Below, in pieces: positions 1 through 15,100 of a stretch of DNA of 64,000 bases; within the stretch, counting starts at the first letter, position 1, and the number at the start of each line of letters is the position of its first letter. Source of the DNA: Antedon mediterranea. Lineage: Eukaryota; Animalia; Echinodermata. The stretch is taken from positions 31,493,648 to 31,557,647 of the forward strand of contig NC_092673.1 of the NCBI RefSeq assembly GCF_964355755.1. The letters run 5' to 3'. The notes below the pieces were generated by a model. That model was not told where the DNA came from, did not search any database, and saw only the letters and a program-made list of their open reading frames with translations. A program made the translations under genes and the position numbers.

Positions 1-191
1 CCAGGTGTATAAAATGGTTACCCGGTTTAGATCAAGACACAAATTTGCGCTGATTACTAGCTGTATTATGGGAGTATGTTTCCATACATGCTTGATAAAA
101 AACATGACCAGGGTAATAATGTGTAGCTCATTGAGAGCTTGCTTATATACAAAATAAGAATGAATTATTATTACTTAGTCCTTATACTAAC

Positions 192-3100
192 CTTCACTAA
201 TGCTAGAGTGTTGAAACATATTGTTCAGTTCCTCATATACATCCCGGAAGTTAGGCCTATCAACTGGCATCCATTCCCAACCTGTAACAATAATTAAGGA
301 AACAATTCAAAACAACATTAGAGACAAAATACCAATCAAATCTAAGTATAGAACATTTTTAAAGTGAGCGAGTGAAATGGCCGAGCAGTTTAGGCAGGGG
401 CGCCTCTTAGTTCTGGTGGTGGAACAAGTCTTCTCGGATAAGGAATATAAACCGTAGGTCCAGTGTACACAGTTTACCTGTGTGTACTTTAAAGAACCCC
501 AGTTCATCATTCAAGACAAGTAGGGGTTTCAAAAAATAGCCCATGTTCAGGGGGATGACCACCTATTAGATAGAACAGTGATTAATTTACTAATTGTTAA
601 TCCTTGGCCCCCTGTGCCTAAATGTACATAAAATTTAAATAAAGATGGTTTAATTTCTGAACTATTCTTTAAAATGCCATCTTAAAACCAAACGTTCTTT
701 AAATCAAAGAGTTAAGTATTTCCGATTCTTGGAAAGGTTACTCACATTTTTTCATGAGATTATAGACATCGCCCGGACAACCTTCCGGTCGTTCCATTCG
801 GTAGCCATTCTCTAGTTTCTCATACACGTGCTGTAGTTCAACACCTGGATAAGGAGAAGCACCGTATGTAGCAATCTCCCATAAAAGTATACCAAAGGCT
901 GTGAAGGAAAAAAGTTGAAAATTATACAGATACACTGAAATAAGGTATCTTTATAAAAAACATATTTCCTTCTTTCTTTTCTTTAACCCACAACAAAAGA
1001 ATAGCAAAAAAAACAATATTGTGTATAAATATAAAAAAAAGGTAAAAAAATAATAATATAAGCTAGTCATGTCTAGTCCCAAAACATATAAATGGAACAG
1101 GGGAAATCCTATTTAGGGGACACTTTGGGCTAAGAAAGTGTCCCCTTAAGCTTTTTCTACACTATCAAACTTTATGTGACAAAAAAATGTGATGTGCTCA
1201 TATATGGACATGATGATGTCATATCACTACCCTCTTTGTACATATCATTGTCATATTTGGGCACATCATATTTTTTTTGTCACATAAAGTTTGATAGTGT
1301 AGACAGAGCTTTAGGCTTTTAAACAGATATTTCTCCTCATTCGGGTCATTGAGAAAGAAGTCCTCTGAATAGGGGGCTCTAAGGAGGGTTCTATCTCAAT
1401 AAAGTGTATGATGTGGCAATTTAAATTTTTTGTATGGAGTGAGTGCAGAATCTGTTTGGGCTTTAGCCTATTCTCATTCCTGGTTATTTTTACATTGATG
1501 ACCGAATAAATATTATTATTAGTATTATTATTATTAAGGTACCAAAATAAAAATGTGACAACATTAAAATAACAATATCAATGTTCTACTTCACATAATC
1601 AAGTAACTAATTCGCAATAAGATCTAGCTAAGATATTTTTGAAGAGAAATGCAACATATTCCACAGAATACATAATAAACTTTAATACATAAAAAAAATT
1701 TCATTTTTATAGAATGTCTAATTTAATAATCTTCTGTGCAATATTATTTTATTCAAGAGTTCTGACAATAAAATTTACTTATTGCCTAAAATTTGACCAT
1801 GTGTTAATATGATAAATCTGGCTAAGAAGAAAATGACATTTTTTTTTTGCTCTTTGAATCAACCAAGTGTGAACAAAAGCCAGACACTCAATAATAAATC
1901 AGGCTTATAATTAGAAAAAACTCAAGATCAGATCAAGGTCATTTCCAGTAATTACCAAACCATTACTTGATTTACTGAAACAACTGTACACAATCACTGT
2001 TTTAAAATAACTAGTTATTTTATAAATTTATCATAACATCAAATTATATGAAGCAATTTGCAGTAAACATTTTTTTTTACAACAATATCTATTTGCAGAA
2101 TTCAACTTTTTAATAATTAGTAAATTCCTTTAACTGCTCTGTATATACTAATCAAACCAAACCTCTAAAAATAGTATTGATACTACATTTATTATTTAAC
2201 TTTTTTTTAGTAAATTAAAAAAAATTAAATAAAAATTATATAGTTTTATACTGTTTCACAAATATTTTTCTTTAATCTAATCATATGTCTCCTTACCCCA
2301 TATATCAGATTTATTTGAAAATTTGTTGTATGCTAAGCTCTCTGGTGCTGTCCACTTGATGGGAAACTTGGCCCCAGCCTGAGCTGTATAAACCTCTCCC
2401 TGGATGATACGAGCTAGGCCAAAGTCCGCTACTTTCACTAAGTGATTTTCACCTAATAAACAGTTCCTTGCGGCAAGGTCTCTGCAAGAAGTTTAAAAAC
2501 AATGTACAGTTATTACCTGTGTATCGTATCATGAGGAGTACCTGTGTGTCATATCATGGCGAGTACAGCTACTAATTCCCATATATGGAAGGACTTGGTG
2601 CACTGTCTCTCATCTGCTACACCCCTACAATCCTCTAGGTCATGGGACAACTAGAACTAGAATAGTTATTACTGATGAAACCAAATTTTTCGTAGTGTAA
2701 ACAATTACTGTATATTTATTGAGCTGTGATTGTGTTGGAGTTGACTCTCTAGTTGTAATATAGCACCTCTATGATTCTGACCATTTTGCATCTTATATCT
2801 ATATACTGAGGGTATCAGAAATAATGATCAGCTTTGATTTTGGTAAAATATTGTTGACATAAATAATCTCTCTGGGCTACTATGCTAGATTTTAATAGCT
2901 CAAAAGAAATTTTACTGGGCCAAACTAACATTATAAAACTTACCTATGTATAAAATTTACATCTTCTAGATAGCTCATAGCTGAGGCCACTTGCGTTGCC
3001 ATGTGCATGAGTGCGATTGCGGGTAACGTTGTTTGATCGTTTTCCCGAAGATAATCCAATAAATTTCCATGCTGCATAAATTCTGTAACTATATAGAAAG

Positions 3101-6100
3101 GGGGTTCTCTTGTGCATGCACCTGAAGAAGAAATAAAATAATTTTAATATTTCTAACATATTATACACTAATAAAGGAATACATGTTTTTGTTTTATTTA
3201 TTTACTAATATAACCAAGGCGCTGAGCTCCAGAGATCAAAGGGTTTATCTGTGGCTGCAACATGATCAGTTCCACGTCCCTTAAAAGACACTGCATGCCA
3301 TAGAGAATATGTCCATTGTACATTACTGTTGGTATTTGTCGCAGCCAGACATAAGATCAAAGGACTGTTACAAGTTCCTATCTTGGCAAGGTGAGCTCAG
3401 TGTCCTGTTGTTAGATTGCCTTGTTATAACTATGCCCTAAATTGGAATTTTTTTTGGTGCATTTTCCCCTTAAAATTTGTATTAAAATAAATTCATATTT
3501 TGTTTTCAAAATACTCTTTTCTCTGTCAATTCCACAACGTAGTAAACGGAGTAAAACACTAACACCACAACAATATAATAATATTACAACATTATAATAA
3601 TATCTATATTTGAACTATTCAGTATACCTTTACATGCGATATAATAATTATTTATAATAAATAATCCGAGTAAATTAAACCTATCACTACAGTATAAAAT
3701 GTAGTACTGTACATTAATGTATACCTTACATTACTGGCTACGTTTAATTATTTCGGTTCCCCATATATTATTAAACATCATTTATCATAATTATGCAAAT
3801 TAGCTATAATTTGAAAGCCATTATAAAAATTCTGTATGCCTTACAACTGCTGTTGTAAGCAAGCCTAGAAAAGCTTGCAAAAGTATAAATTTATTCTCGC
3901 TTGATGCAAGTTAGTCCCTTAGGTAATAAACACAGCAATTCCCCTCATTTACAATCGTAACTAAGCCTGTCAGGGTGATAGTACGATGCGTCCCTTGGGA
4001 CAGTAACGTTGTAACAATGTTTTAAAAGCTTAAATCAGCCTTGACCAAATATAAACATAAATAAAAAAAATGAGTTGCACAATTACCAGGAAAACATTCA
4101 TCATTAAAACATATAGCGTGAACTTTGAACTTTGTTAATGCAATAGCAACATGAATTGTCATGAAATATTTATAAAATATGGTGCCTTGCTTAATCAGCA
4201 AAATTGAAACAACTTTATGCATAAATTGGTAAAGTTATATAGATAAAATAGATAGATTCTTAAAACGTAGACATTATGCAAGAACATTAGCATGAAATAC
4301 AAAAATAAATAATTATGCAGTTCCAATCATCAAAATGTACTTTACACAATTTCAATAATGATAAAAATGTTGCATAGTGTACTTTTGGCCTCATTTGCCT
4401 TCCATACCTATCCACAATAGGAGTTTGGCAATATATATTATATGGCAATGAGTACACGGTAAACTTTATTTTAGTTGTTAAATTAAAAAATATCTTACCT
4501 AGTAATTGAACAAGGTTAGGATGTTTTATAGTCTTCATCACAGCTGCTTCTCGCATAAATTCCTCAACTTTCATCGTCTCCTCCTATGAAAAGATTAAAT
4601 TAAAATTAGTAAGATTTCAACTTTCTAGGACCTGGAACGGAAGGAAAGCAATACAGAAAGAAAAGAACTAAAGTATTTTCTAAAACTGTACTCCCTGGCC
4701 ACCAAAAACTGTAGACAAAATTAAAATTTGTATCTAAAATATCCTGAATTGTATCATAAAAACCAGACTAAACAGAAATTGTTTGGACAGCCTAAGCATA
4801 AAATACATGGAAACTACATTATATATGGCTTGGTTCTTGTCATTTTGATAAACTTTCAACTCAAAGTAGACAGATCATAAGTAAATGGCAGCCTAGCTAG
4901 TCGTAGCCCTATTATATTAACATAGGGTCATTAAAATCATTTAAATAGAAGAGAATGAAAATATTGCCACATTTTTATCTTTAACCATCAATCTCAGAAG
5001 AATCAAAGAAGAACTGGGGCTTTAATTTTACATATGGGCATCTGGTAATAACCATACAATAAAAAAAAACAACTAAAAAAACCCCCAAAAAACTGAAAAC
5101 AACAGGCAAATTAAAAGAACACAATCGTCAACGGAGCATTATACCAAATCGTTTATAACCCGCTAAATTTACCTTGAGTGTTTTTACAGCAACTGTCCTA
5201 TTGTACTTCTTCCAGATTGCTTCGTACACCTCACCATATTGCCCGCCCCCAAGTTTATTCTTCATTATTATATCCGTCCTCTCAATCTCCCATTCATCGG
5301 GCTGCGGTGAAACGCCATATATCGTGGGCTTGTCCTTTTTAGCGACAGCATACTTGAGAGTGGTTACTAGCCCGTCAGCCACCTTACAGTGATGGAGTAT
5401 TAGTTGAGCCACACTATTAAACCTACTCTCTGATGTCACATATACCTGTATTAACATACAAACAGGTGTTTATCAATCAGTAATTAATACTAACCAAATC
5501 TTCACATTTGGCTAGCCAGTATAATATTGTAGTTTAGTTCGGGTTAGTAATAGGGAATGTGGCCTTTGTCACATCGAGCAGCATTCTTACAGTAAGCCCA
5601 GTTAGTATACAAGGTAGGCCTATATTCACATAGTTAGACAGGTACTAAAATAGTTCTTTATAATTATATTCAGAAAGAATTATATTTAACAAACCAGATC
5701 CCCATGGGGACTGAAGTTACTATCAAGACAGGTTTTCTGTCAGTCTGAACATATTGTTTTCTGTATTGTAGGTGTTTTGTTTAGAAGATCAAACTAGTAA
5801 TAGTATGCACTATGAAATGAACACTAGTGAAAATTCAGTATTTTGTTTGTGAAGGGGCTTGGAAAAACATTCCACAAAAATGCACACAGATCCAAAGAGA
5901 AGCCAAAATAAATGTGAACACTTGTTTACTTTCCAAAAAAAATCATAAAGCTGCATTCGCACACATTTTAAATATAGTGTATTTAGGATTTAGTCTTTCA
6001 AAACCTAAAACAAGGCATGTTATATCTACCTTTAGATTATGTTAAAACTTTATTTTATACATAAAACAAGAATTTAATTACGACAAAGTTTATATAAATT

Positions 6101-9100
6101 ATTGTGGAAAAAATAACTTCATAATACTCACCCTTCCATCTGTTGAAGTGCTTATCCGATAGTGAAACACTCTTCCATCATATCGTAATGATATCGACAG
6201 TTGCCCTGTACTACTCTCGCTATCCCGTACAAGAAAGCTTCCATCGATACCACTGTTTAGAAGGTACTCTGCGGTGTTGCGGGATATTGCACCGTGGTAC
6301 CATGCATGATTGTGTAAGCTGTTGACTTGGGCTACATAGCTGAGAGGCACCCATCCTGTGCACCCTGTACTATTGCTTTGAACCTGGCACCATTCATTTG
6401 AGTTGTGTGATAAGATTTTGACTTTCTCTCCTGTGAGATACAAAGAATAGAAATAGAAAGTTGCAAGATTATGCCATTTTTAGGTGGGGGGTGTTAAAGT
6501 AAAATGCTTCTTTTCATATTTAAGAATGGCTAATGTCAGTTTATCCCAGTAAGCTTGACATGAAATAGACTGAAAATATACAATTAATCAAAATGAAAAT
6601 GTTGTTAAACAAAATATCAACAATCTGTCATCAAAACAAGTCAATTTTTTTAACTCTCTTCACTTTTCTAATAATGCAAAAACCTATACTGATACTTCAT
6701 TTTGTAGATATAAGAACAGTTTTCAACACTAATTTACCAGTAAGTACCACTCAATTTCCAATAATCATAAATGTTCATTTTTCCTAACCATACAATGATA
6801 CATACCAATATATACACAAATATTCAATATACCAAGCCTTAATTGCCTATTATGCTATGTTCCTCAAGTTATTCCAAACTCATAATGATAATTTAGTACA
6901 TCATAACCATCATCATCATAGTGCTCCAATAATAATAATACATTATTGGAAAGGTCTAATGAGTTACTTTGAATTTCCTACTACTTTGTTCACAACATCT
7001 TTATACCATAAAGGCAACATGTCTTCCTAAAGCCTTTTCAATTAATTCCTCGAAATAACTTATTATTAGCCTTTGTTTACACTTTCAAACTAGGTCGTGA
7101 TGTGCCTAAATATGGCCTAAATATGGTAGTGTTGGCATCATCATGTCCATATATGGGCAGATCACATTTTTTTGTCACATAAAGTTGATAGTCTAGACAA
7201 AGGCTTAAGAGGTATAATGTAAATAACTCCTGCAGTAAGTATATCTTAGAACAACAGTGATACCATTTTCACCTCGCCTAGAATCTTTGGAGTTTACACA
7301 TACTGAGGCACACACCATACCGTATGTGTTGACGCCCCAGTGTGTGTAAACTAAAGTTTGCTATAAAGCCATATGAAACGGGTACTATTTTCTATTACAA
7401 CAGATAATAGAGTTTTCATTCCTGCCTTTAAAAATTGCTTAATGAAAGTAAATCTCTGTGTACACTATCACACTTTATGTGAAAACAAAAATATATGGAC
7501 AACATTTTCCTACCATATTTGGGCATATTCATGGAGTAAAGGCATATCACTACCATATTTGGGCACATCACACTATTTTTGACAAACTAGTTTGATTGTG
7601 TAGACAGAACCTAAAGAAAAATTAGTTTTTACCTTTTTTAACACTGAGCTGTCCATCACTACTGCCTATAAAATCATACAATATAACAAATACATCTGGG
7701 TCATAAATATCATCTGTGGAGTTCCATTTTGAGATCTCGGAGTTCATAGGTGTATGAGGAAGGGGCCGGCAATGTATCTTGTCAACACCACTATCTGAAA
7801 TAACAAAAAAAAACAATATTTACTTCAGGAATCAGAAAGATGTTGTATACTCGATTCTGACGGACATTTGAGAATTTTGATAATTTCGCAGGTTGTTCAA
7901 TTGAATTTACATCCAAACACAAGCTTGTATAAAATAATTTTTTTAATTTAAAGACAAAGCTAAGGTGGTTCCATCTTGTAAGGCGCCTCTGTGTAATAAA
8001 TATACTGAATAAAAAAAAAAAAAAGACAATGCACAAAACGTTTGGTGAGTTTCAGCACTTTTTACTCTTCCTTCATGTAATATTTAAATTTATTATTTAA
8101 AAGGGCTTGTTTTAATAAAAGTTAATTGGTTGGAAATCGGTGCTCGCAAGTGTGCCCTAAAATTTGTTGTGTCTTTAATCCTAAGGATTTTAAAATCACA
8201 GGAAATTGGTATTTAATTAGAAATTATCATAAAACCTCGAAAAGAAGCCCATGGGCTTAAACCTCGAAAAGAAGCCCATCTCGAAAAGAAGCCCCCCTCT
8301 ACAGTTTGCAAAAGTACTCTCGAAAAGAAGCCCATCTTGAAATGAAGCCCCCTGGGCTTCTTTTCAAGATAGTATGGGCTTCATTTCGAGACAGACTACT
8401 CATACTGTATTGAGATGACGAAATTATTGTATTTGACGGTGAATCATAGGACTGTTTTTTTGCTTTTTATATTGTTTTTTAATTGGTATATTTTAAAACA
8501 TAATTTCATGGTTGAAAAAATGTCTCAAAAGTCACATTATTGTAGTAGAAATTCACAAAATTTACAGCATTCATTTCGAAAAGAAGCCCCAATCTAAAGT
8601 TTGCAAAAGTACCCTCGAAAAGAAGCCCATCTCGAAAAGAAGCCCATCCAAGAGCACTAAAAAAAGAAGAAGCCCATGGGCTTCTTTTCGAGGTTTTACG
8701 GTATTTGATTGGCAAAGATAAAATTTTATTTAGTAAACAAAATTATCAAGTACAGTACTTAATAATCTAATAATTTTAAAATGTAAATAAATAAATAATC
8801 TTCGAAACGGTAATTAGTCTGCTGGTAAAATGTCTTTTATTGCGGCCACAGAAATGTAACATTCATAAATTTCACAATCGTTCGCAAATCAGGATGCGGG
8901 ATTAGTAATGATATGTATCTGGGGGTTTGTTAGCACTTAAAGACTTTAAAAGAACGTAGACGACGACAACAACACAAACAAAGAATCTCAAAGGTAATAC
9001 TAATAGTACGCATTTCCAGATCAAATTTCAATGAAATTATGATAATTCATAAATTTATGATATGCCAGTAAAATATGACAATCTAAAAAATATCTTTGTT

Positions 9101-12100
9101 CTCTCCATCCACTTACATGCTGTCTACACTATCAAAAACTGTATGTGACCAAAAAATGTGATGTGCCCAGTACATGAACATGATGATGACATATCACTAC
9201 GATATTTGTACATATCACTACCATATTTGTGCATATCACTACCATATTTGGGCACATTATACTTTTTCAAACTAGTTTAATAGGGTAGACAGAGCTTTAC
9301 AACATGTTTTTTTAGCGTTGACAGCATTTGAAAAAAAAATATTGTTCTAGACTATAAAAATATAAACATTACAACATGTAAAAAAAATGTAATTTTATTA
9401 CAACTACAAAATAATGTACATTGACAAAACTGTGTGTCAAAATGTTGAATAAGTGTGACTGTAATATTCTAAGCAATCTAAATGTAAAATGAACAGCAAT
9501 TAAACTTTTAATGCGATTTTAATGTTTGGAATGTTTTATGTTTTGATGAAATACAGTAGTATAGCAAAGAAGTGAAGTATTGAATATTCATCATAATGTA
9601 TGCAAAAATTCATAATAAATGCAATGCTTTGATATTACATAAAGCATTGAATATTCATGATGATGTATGCATAATTAATGAAAGCACAGTGGTAATTTAG
9701 TGACATTATAATAAAGTATTGAATATTCATGATAATGTATGCATAAATTTATGATAAATGCAGTGTTTGACATTACATTAAGTATTGATTCATGATGATG
9801 TATGCATAATTCATGAAAGCACAGTGGTAATTTAGTGACATTATAATAAAGTATTGAATATTCATGATGATGTATGCATAATTCATGATTGTTATTGTGC
9901 TGGGCAGGTGGTTTTTTTTGTCACCTATCCGTAATATTTTGACAACAACCCTTCTCTAGATACATCTCTGATAATGGTGTTTTAATGTGAATTTCTACAA
10001 AATAATATATCCGTAAATCCGAGTGAGGGTAAATTTTCATTATACTGTATTTAAAATATCTTACAATTAATATCAAAAAGCATACATGGACAAATAAACC
10101 AACACATTTTTGTTTAACCTTAATTTTCAAAATCTTCAATTATCAATAGGCATCTATAGATATAAACAATTTCTAACTAGCAAGCTAAATATTAAATGTT
10201 GTACACATACCTATTCTGTTCGTCATACCTAGCTTCATTTTAAATCCAAACATTTGTTAAAATCCAACCGCAAAATATTTCTAAAAGATGGAATTAATAC
10301 AACTGGTGCGTTTGTGTCTTAATCCATCAAGAAGCAAACAGCCTTATGTAGCACTGCGACTGTTTATGGTAAATTTATGTTGCGAATTGCCATTCAATTT
10401 CAGGTCAAATAAAGGTCACAATTCAATGATTAGTTTATGTAGATACTTGCAATTATCCTTGAGGTGATAGACAATCCTAAATATGTAAATATTATGCAAA
10501 ATGCTAGTGTCTATTACAAATCATGAATATTCAAATATAAACAAACAATCATGAATATTCATGTATTTTTCATTTAGGAGAATATTTGGATATTCAAGTG
10601 GAAACATTAAATCTTGACTATCAAAATATTTTTCAAACAAGGTACTGGATTACTCATGAATATTCAAATATGAATATGCAAATAAAGGTACCAGATCACT
10701 CATGAATATGTATATAATATGTAAACTTGTTATGGTTCAATCCTGTTTTTAGGGTTATTTTACTACTGTAAGTGTATGACTCCAGACTCTAGGAGAGTTA
10801 AATCTAAAAGGGATTATTACACATAGCTTAAGAGCATCAACACTACACTTTGGCTATTTTTAATGACTTGAAACTTATGCCAACTCCTTTCAACAAAATT
10901 CGCTATAACCATAACATTCGTAAAAATCACCTGATTCTTTTTCAGATGTCATAATATGCATTTTAATAAATCTGACTTTAGTTAAAGATTATCAGCAGTC
11001 AAAACTCATTTCTATTTCATAAAAAAAAATGGTTTAAATTAATAACAATCCACAATCAAACCGTGATAACGCTAAATCCGTCTCCTGACAGGAAACCAAT
11101 TAGATGTTGATCGCGACGAAGGTTCTTATTGCCAGGCAACCCGGTTAATTGCCATCTCCCGACTCTAAACAACTCGAAAGATGCTCCGAGAGCTAATAAC
11201 TTAATCAAAGGAAACATTGGTACATAATTAAACGGTATATCTTTAGTCTCGCACAATGAGGTGCAATGACCGATAATATGACAGAATGCGGACAGGCCAA
11301 AGTTATTGACCTTTACCACAGAATAGCCTACAAATAGTGAATAGTTCGACAATGATTGTAAAAAATCAACAAAAACAAGGATACAAGGATTTCTGTTCTA
11401 AATCATATTATTACCATATTTGGATAATTTCCATTCAAAATTATCAAATGAATAAACCAACCTACTCATTAATTAACTTGTCAATTGTAGGACCCACAGG
11501 GTTGTATAGTGGGTCATACAATACCAGTGCAGCATAATAACAGGCAGGGACATGAGTATACAACTACACACAATCAAAAGAAAAATTAGTCAAACCACTA
11601 GTGTAATTTTCGTAATCGTATCCCTTCTTCGGAGAGATAGGCCTATTATTGGTTTATCCAGATAAGCTAGGCACGAAATAAACTGCATCTTCTAAAATAG
11701 TGCTATTCAATTTGTTGAACATTAAGACAATGTTGTAAAGATGTTCACATCCACTCATGTGTACATCAACGCAATCAAAAGAAAAAAAATAGGGCTATTG
11801 ACGGTTTATCCAGGTAAGCTAGGCACGAAATAAACTGCATCTTCTAAAATAGTGCTATTCAATTTGTTGGTTCAACATAAGACAATGTTGTAAAGATGTT
11901 CACATCCACTCATGTGTACATCAACGCAATCAAAAGAAAAAAAAAGAGGGCTATTGACGGTTTATCCAAGTAAGCTAGGCACGAAATAAACTGCATTTCC
12001 AAAATAGTGCAATTTAGTTTGTTGGCCCAACATAGGACATTGTTGTATGCAATCAAAGAAAAATTACACAATTTCATAACTGTATCCTCTCTTCGGAGAA

Positions 12101-15100
12101 AGAGGGCCATTGTCGGTTTATCCATGTAAGCTAGGCACAAAATAGACTGCATCTTCCAAATGAGTGCAACCCAACATTGTTTAAAGACACAATTTCCGAA
12201 GAAATGCACATTGTAAACATTCTTTTATGCAATTTTTATTGAATTATACACTTGTTTACTTTCAAAACAAGATGAGGATAAACAAAATAAAACTGATGAA
12301 TGTCAAGCCTATACACTCAATAGTTTAACATTAACACATCTATATCAACAGTGATATTTATTGATACAGCTCATAACCTAAGCTCAATCATTTTAGGAAT
12401 CTATACAATGATATGCTTAAAGCCACTAGACCTACGTATGTTCGAGCTATTTTAAAGTCACAGTACATTTTTGTCTTTAAATTGTTCAAAATGTAAAAAA
12501 TAAGTAAATTATAATAATTTAAGTGGCTAACAATACCAGAATTAAAAATAACAGATCTTCCCCAATAACGGAATCTGCTAAAAAAGGAAAGACAATTAAT
12601 TAAGCAATGAGCAACGTCGGGCTAGGAGTATAGCTGGCGTACAATGTTCATACATTACCCGATAGGCCTACACAGCTAAGCTGGGCCTAAGACCGTCCAC
12701 GAGAGGACATTCGATGTGAGCTACTTTTAAAAATCAAAATTAACCATAAAATGTACATTTAATACAAGGAATGACCTGGTTTAATGTTTTTATAGTAATA
12801 TATATACGGTCTGATAATTTCAACCTGAATATATATTATATATATATATATATATAAATCCAAAGGCAAATTACTGAAAAAAATGACAATGCTGTGGGTA
12901 TCAGTGGCTGGATCTCAATGGAGATACAAAAATAAAAAGCGAAAAGCTAAATCAAAACGATAAAGTAAACAGCCAGAAAAGTTAGCAGAGCTTTCGGGCA
13001 ACACTATATATATATATATATATATATATGCATTGCACTGATGAAGGGCTAGTGTTGCCCGAAAGCTCTGCTAACTTTTCTGGCAGTTTTACTTATCGTT
13101 TTGATTTACTGTAGCTTTTCGCTTTTTTTTTGTATCTCCATTGAGATCCAGCCACTGATACCTACAGCATTGTAATTTTTTCAGGAATTTGCCTTTGGAT
13201 TTATAAATATGCATTATTTTTACAAAACTTCAAAATTTGTAGGGATAGTGTGTTTAATCAAATTGAGGCAACTCGCATACCCTAGGGTAACTAAAGAGAA
13301 ATTAAAAATTTCAAATTCTTGGGAATAGCCAGAAAATACAAGATGACTTACTGACAAAGGTGGAAGACACGTTGAGAATTTGACTTAAAACTTTTTACGA
13401 AAGTACAGTAGATGCAGAATAACTTTGTCTGAAATGACCTAGATATGAAGCTTGGCACAAGAATATTGTTAACTGCTGAGCAATATTACACTATTACATT
13501 ATTGTTTCATATATGTAACTGAACTTGTTCAGGTATTATGTTGAATGTTCACATTTAGAGTTGATCATGATCAACTTACAATGCATGTGAGCAAACGGGT
13601 ATTCGAGCAAACTACATACAGTATCATCATGAGAGTTAGCAGAATTCCTTGATAACAAATTGTTGATCATATTTAACTGAACATGTTCAGGTCTAATGTC
13701 GATGTTCTACTTACATGCATGTGAGCAAACTACATGTACAGTATCATCATGAGAGTTGAAATTCCGTTATCACAATTGTTGATCATATTTAACTGAACAT
13801 GTTCGGGTATTATGTTGACGTTCACATTTAGAGTTGATCATGATCAACTTACAATGCTTGTGAATGAAAATAATTAAATACATGATCATGAGAGTTTCAT
13901 GTTATATATGACAGTAGCAGGTTTTCTTTAATTGTTGATCAAGTGTAAACTGACCTTGTTTAGGTACACCATTGCGGCCATAATTCAACCACTAAAGGAA
14001 ATTAATGCTGTAAACATCCTTCAGTTCAGACATAGTTGGTTAGTAGTAGTCAAAATACATGTAGGATATAAAACTCTTGTTTTGTTAGACAAAATGTAAA
14101 ATAGTAAAAATTTGGAAAATCACTATACTGTAATAATGGACTGAAGGACACACAGACAGACCGACTGGAAACATGATTGTACTTGGTAAAACATTTTATA
14201 AAATTAACTAAAAAACTGATCATGAATTAAATTATTAAACATCCTAGCTCTATATTTGTATGTTGCGCTAATCTTCAACTTAATTTTTAAGCCTCTTTTT
14301 AAACTTGGCCAACAAATCAAAATAGTAAGTACGGTACTGTACTGTACATTACCATACTTGGTTAATATACCTGTAAAACCATTACTAAAGAAAAATGTAT
14401 CTAAAAATTTAGTGTTCCATTTTACAATCATTTTAGAACTCATGCAATTTCTATATACTGAATGGTATTAAGTGTGAAAATGTGTATTTTTCTAAAACCT
14501 TTTTGAATTTTATACACGTTTTAACGTTAAATGAGGCATAACAGAAATATCCTTGTCTAGTTAGCCAAATCCCGCGAGGCAATCTCAATGTAGGCCAGAA
14601 GCAGCGCTAATGTGTTGGCTACTCTAAAGTTCACACTCTCAAACGGGCAAGCTACGAATGTTCAGTACCGCTAGGCTGCTCTTCTGATTTATGCGTCAAT
14701 GCGAAAACAAAGAAACTATTGAACATTATTAGCGAACATTACAATGTGTTTCATTCGGCTAAATATCTGAAAACAAATGTCATTTGATATTTATGTAATA
14801 ATTACAACTCATCTCCTTGGAGTATTGAGGACATTAACCAAACTGCGAAGTGCACTATGTATTGTTTAAACGACATTCAACGATAATATACTGTAAATAA
14901 TGTGACCAATTTTAATTATGTTTTCCTTTTACAACATAGTTTTTATCATAAAACATCTTTTGTGTTTTTCCTGATACTATAAAACTGGTCAAAAAGATGG
15001 TATAAAAGGAAACCATCTTGTCATAGACCAAGTAAGAAAAACATTCTAAATTTAACAACAAATCCTTGTTTCCTCTGAATATATTACTATACTGTACCTA

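Noticed and set aside
2672-2700. Other CTGATGA motifs as hammerheads (also near 12293)
   Set aside because: No stem II followed by GAAA.
13350-13440. Strong donor CA|GTAAGT as an extra Abl exon
   Set aside because: In-frame stop in the required phase and no ATG.
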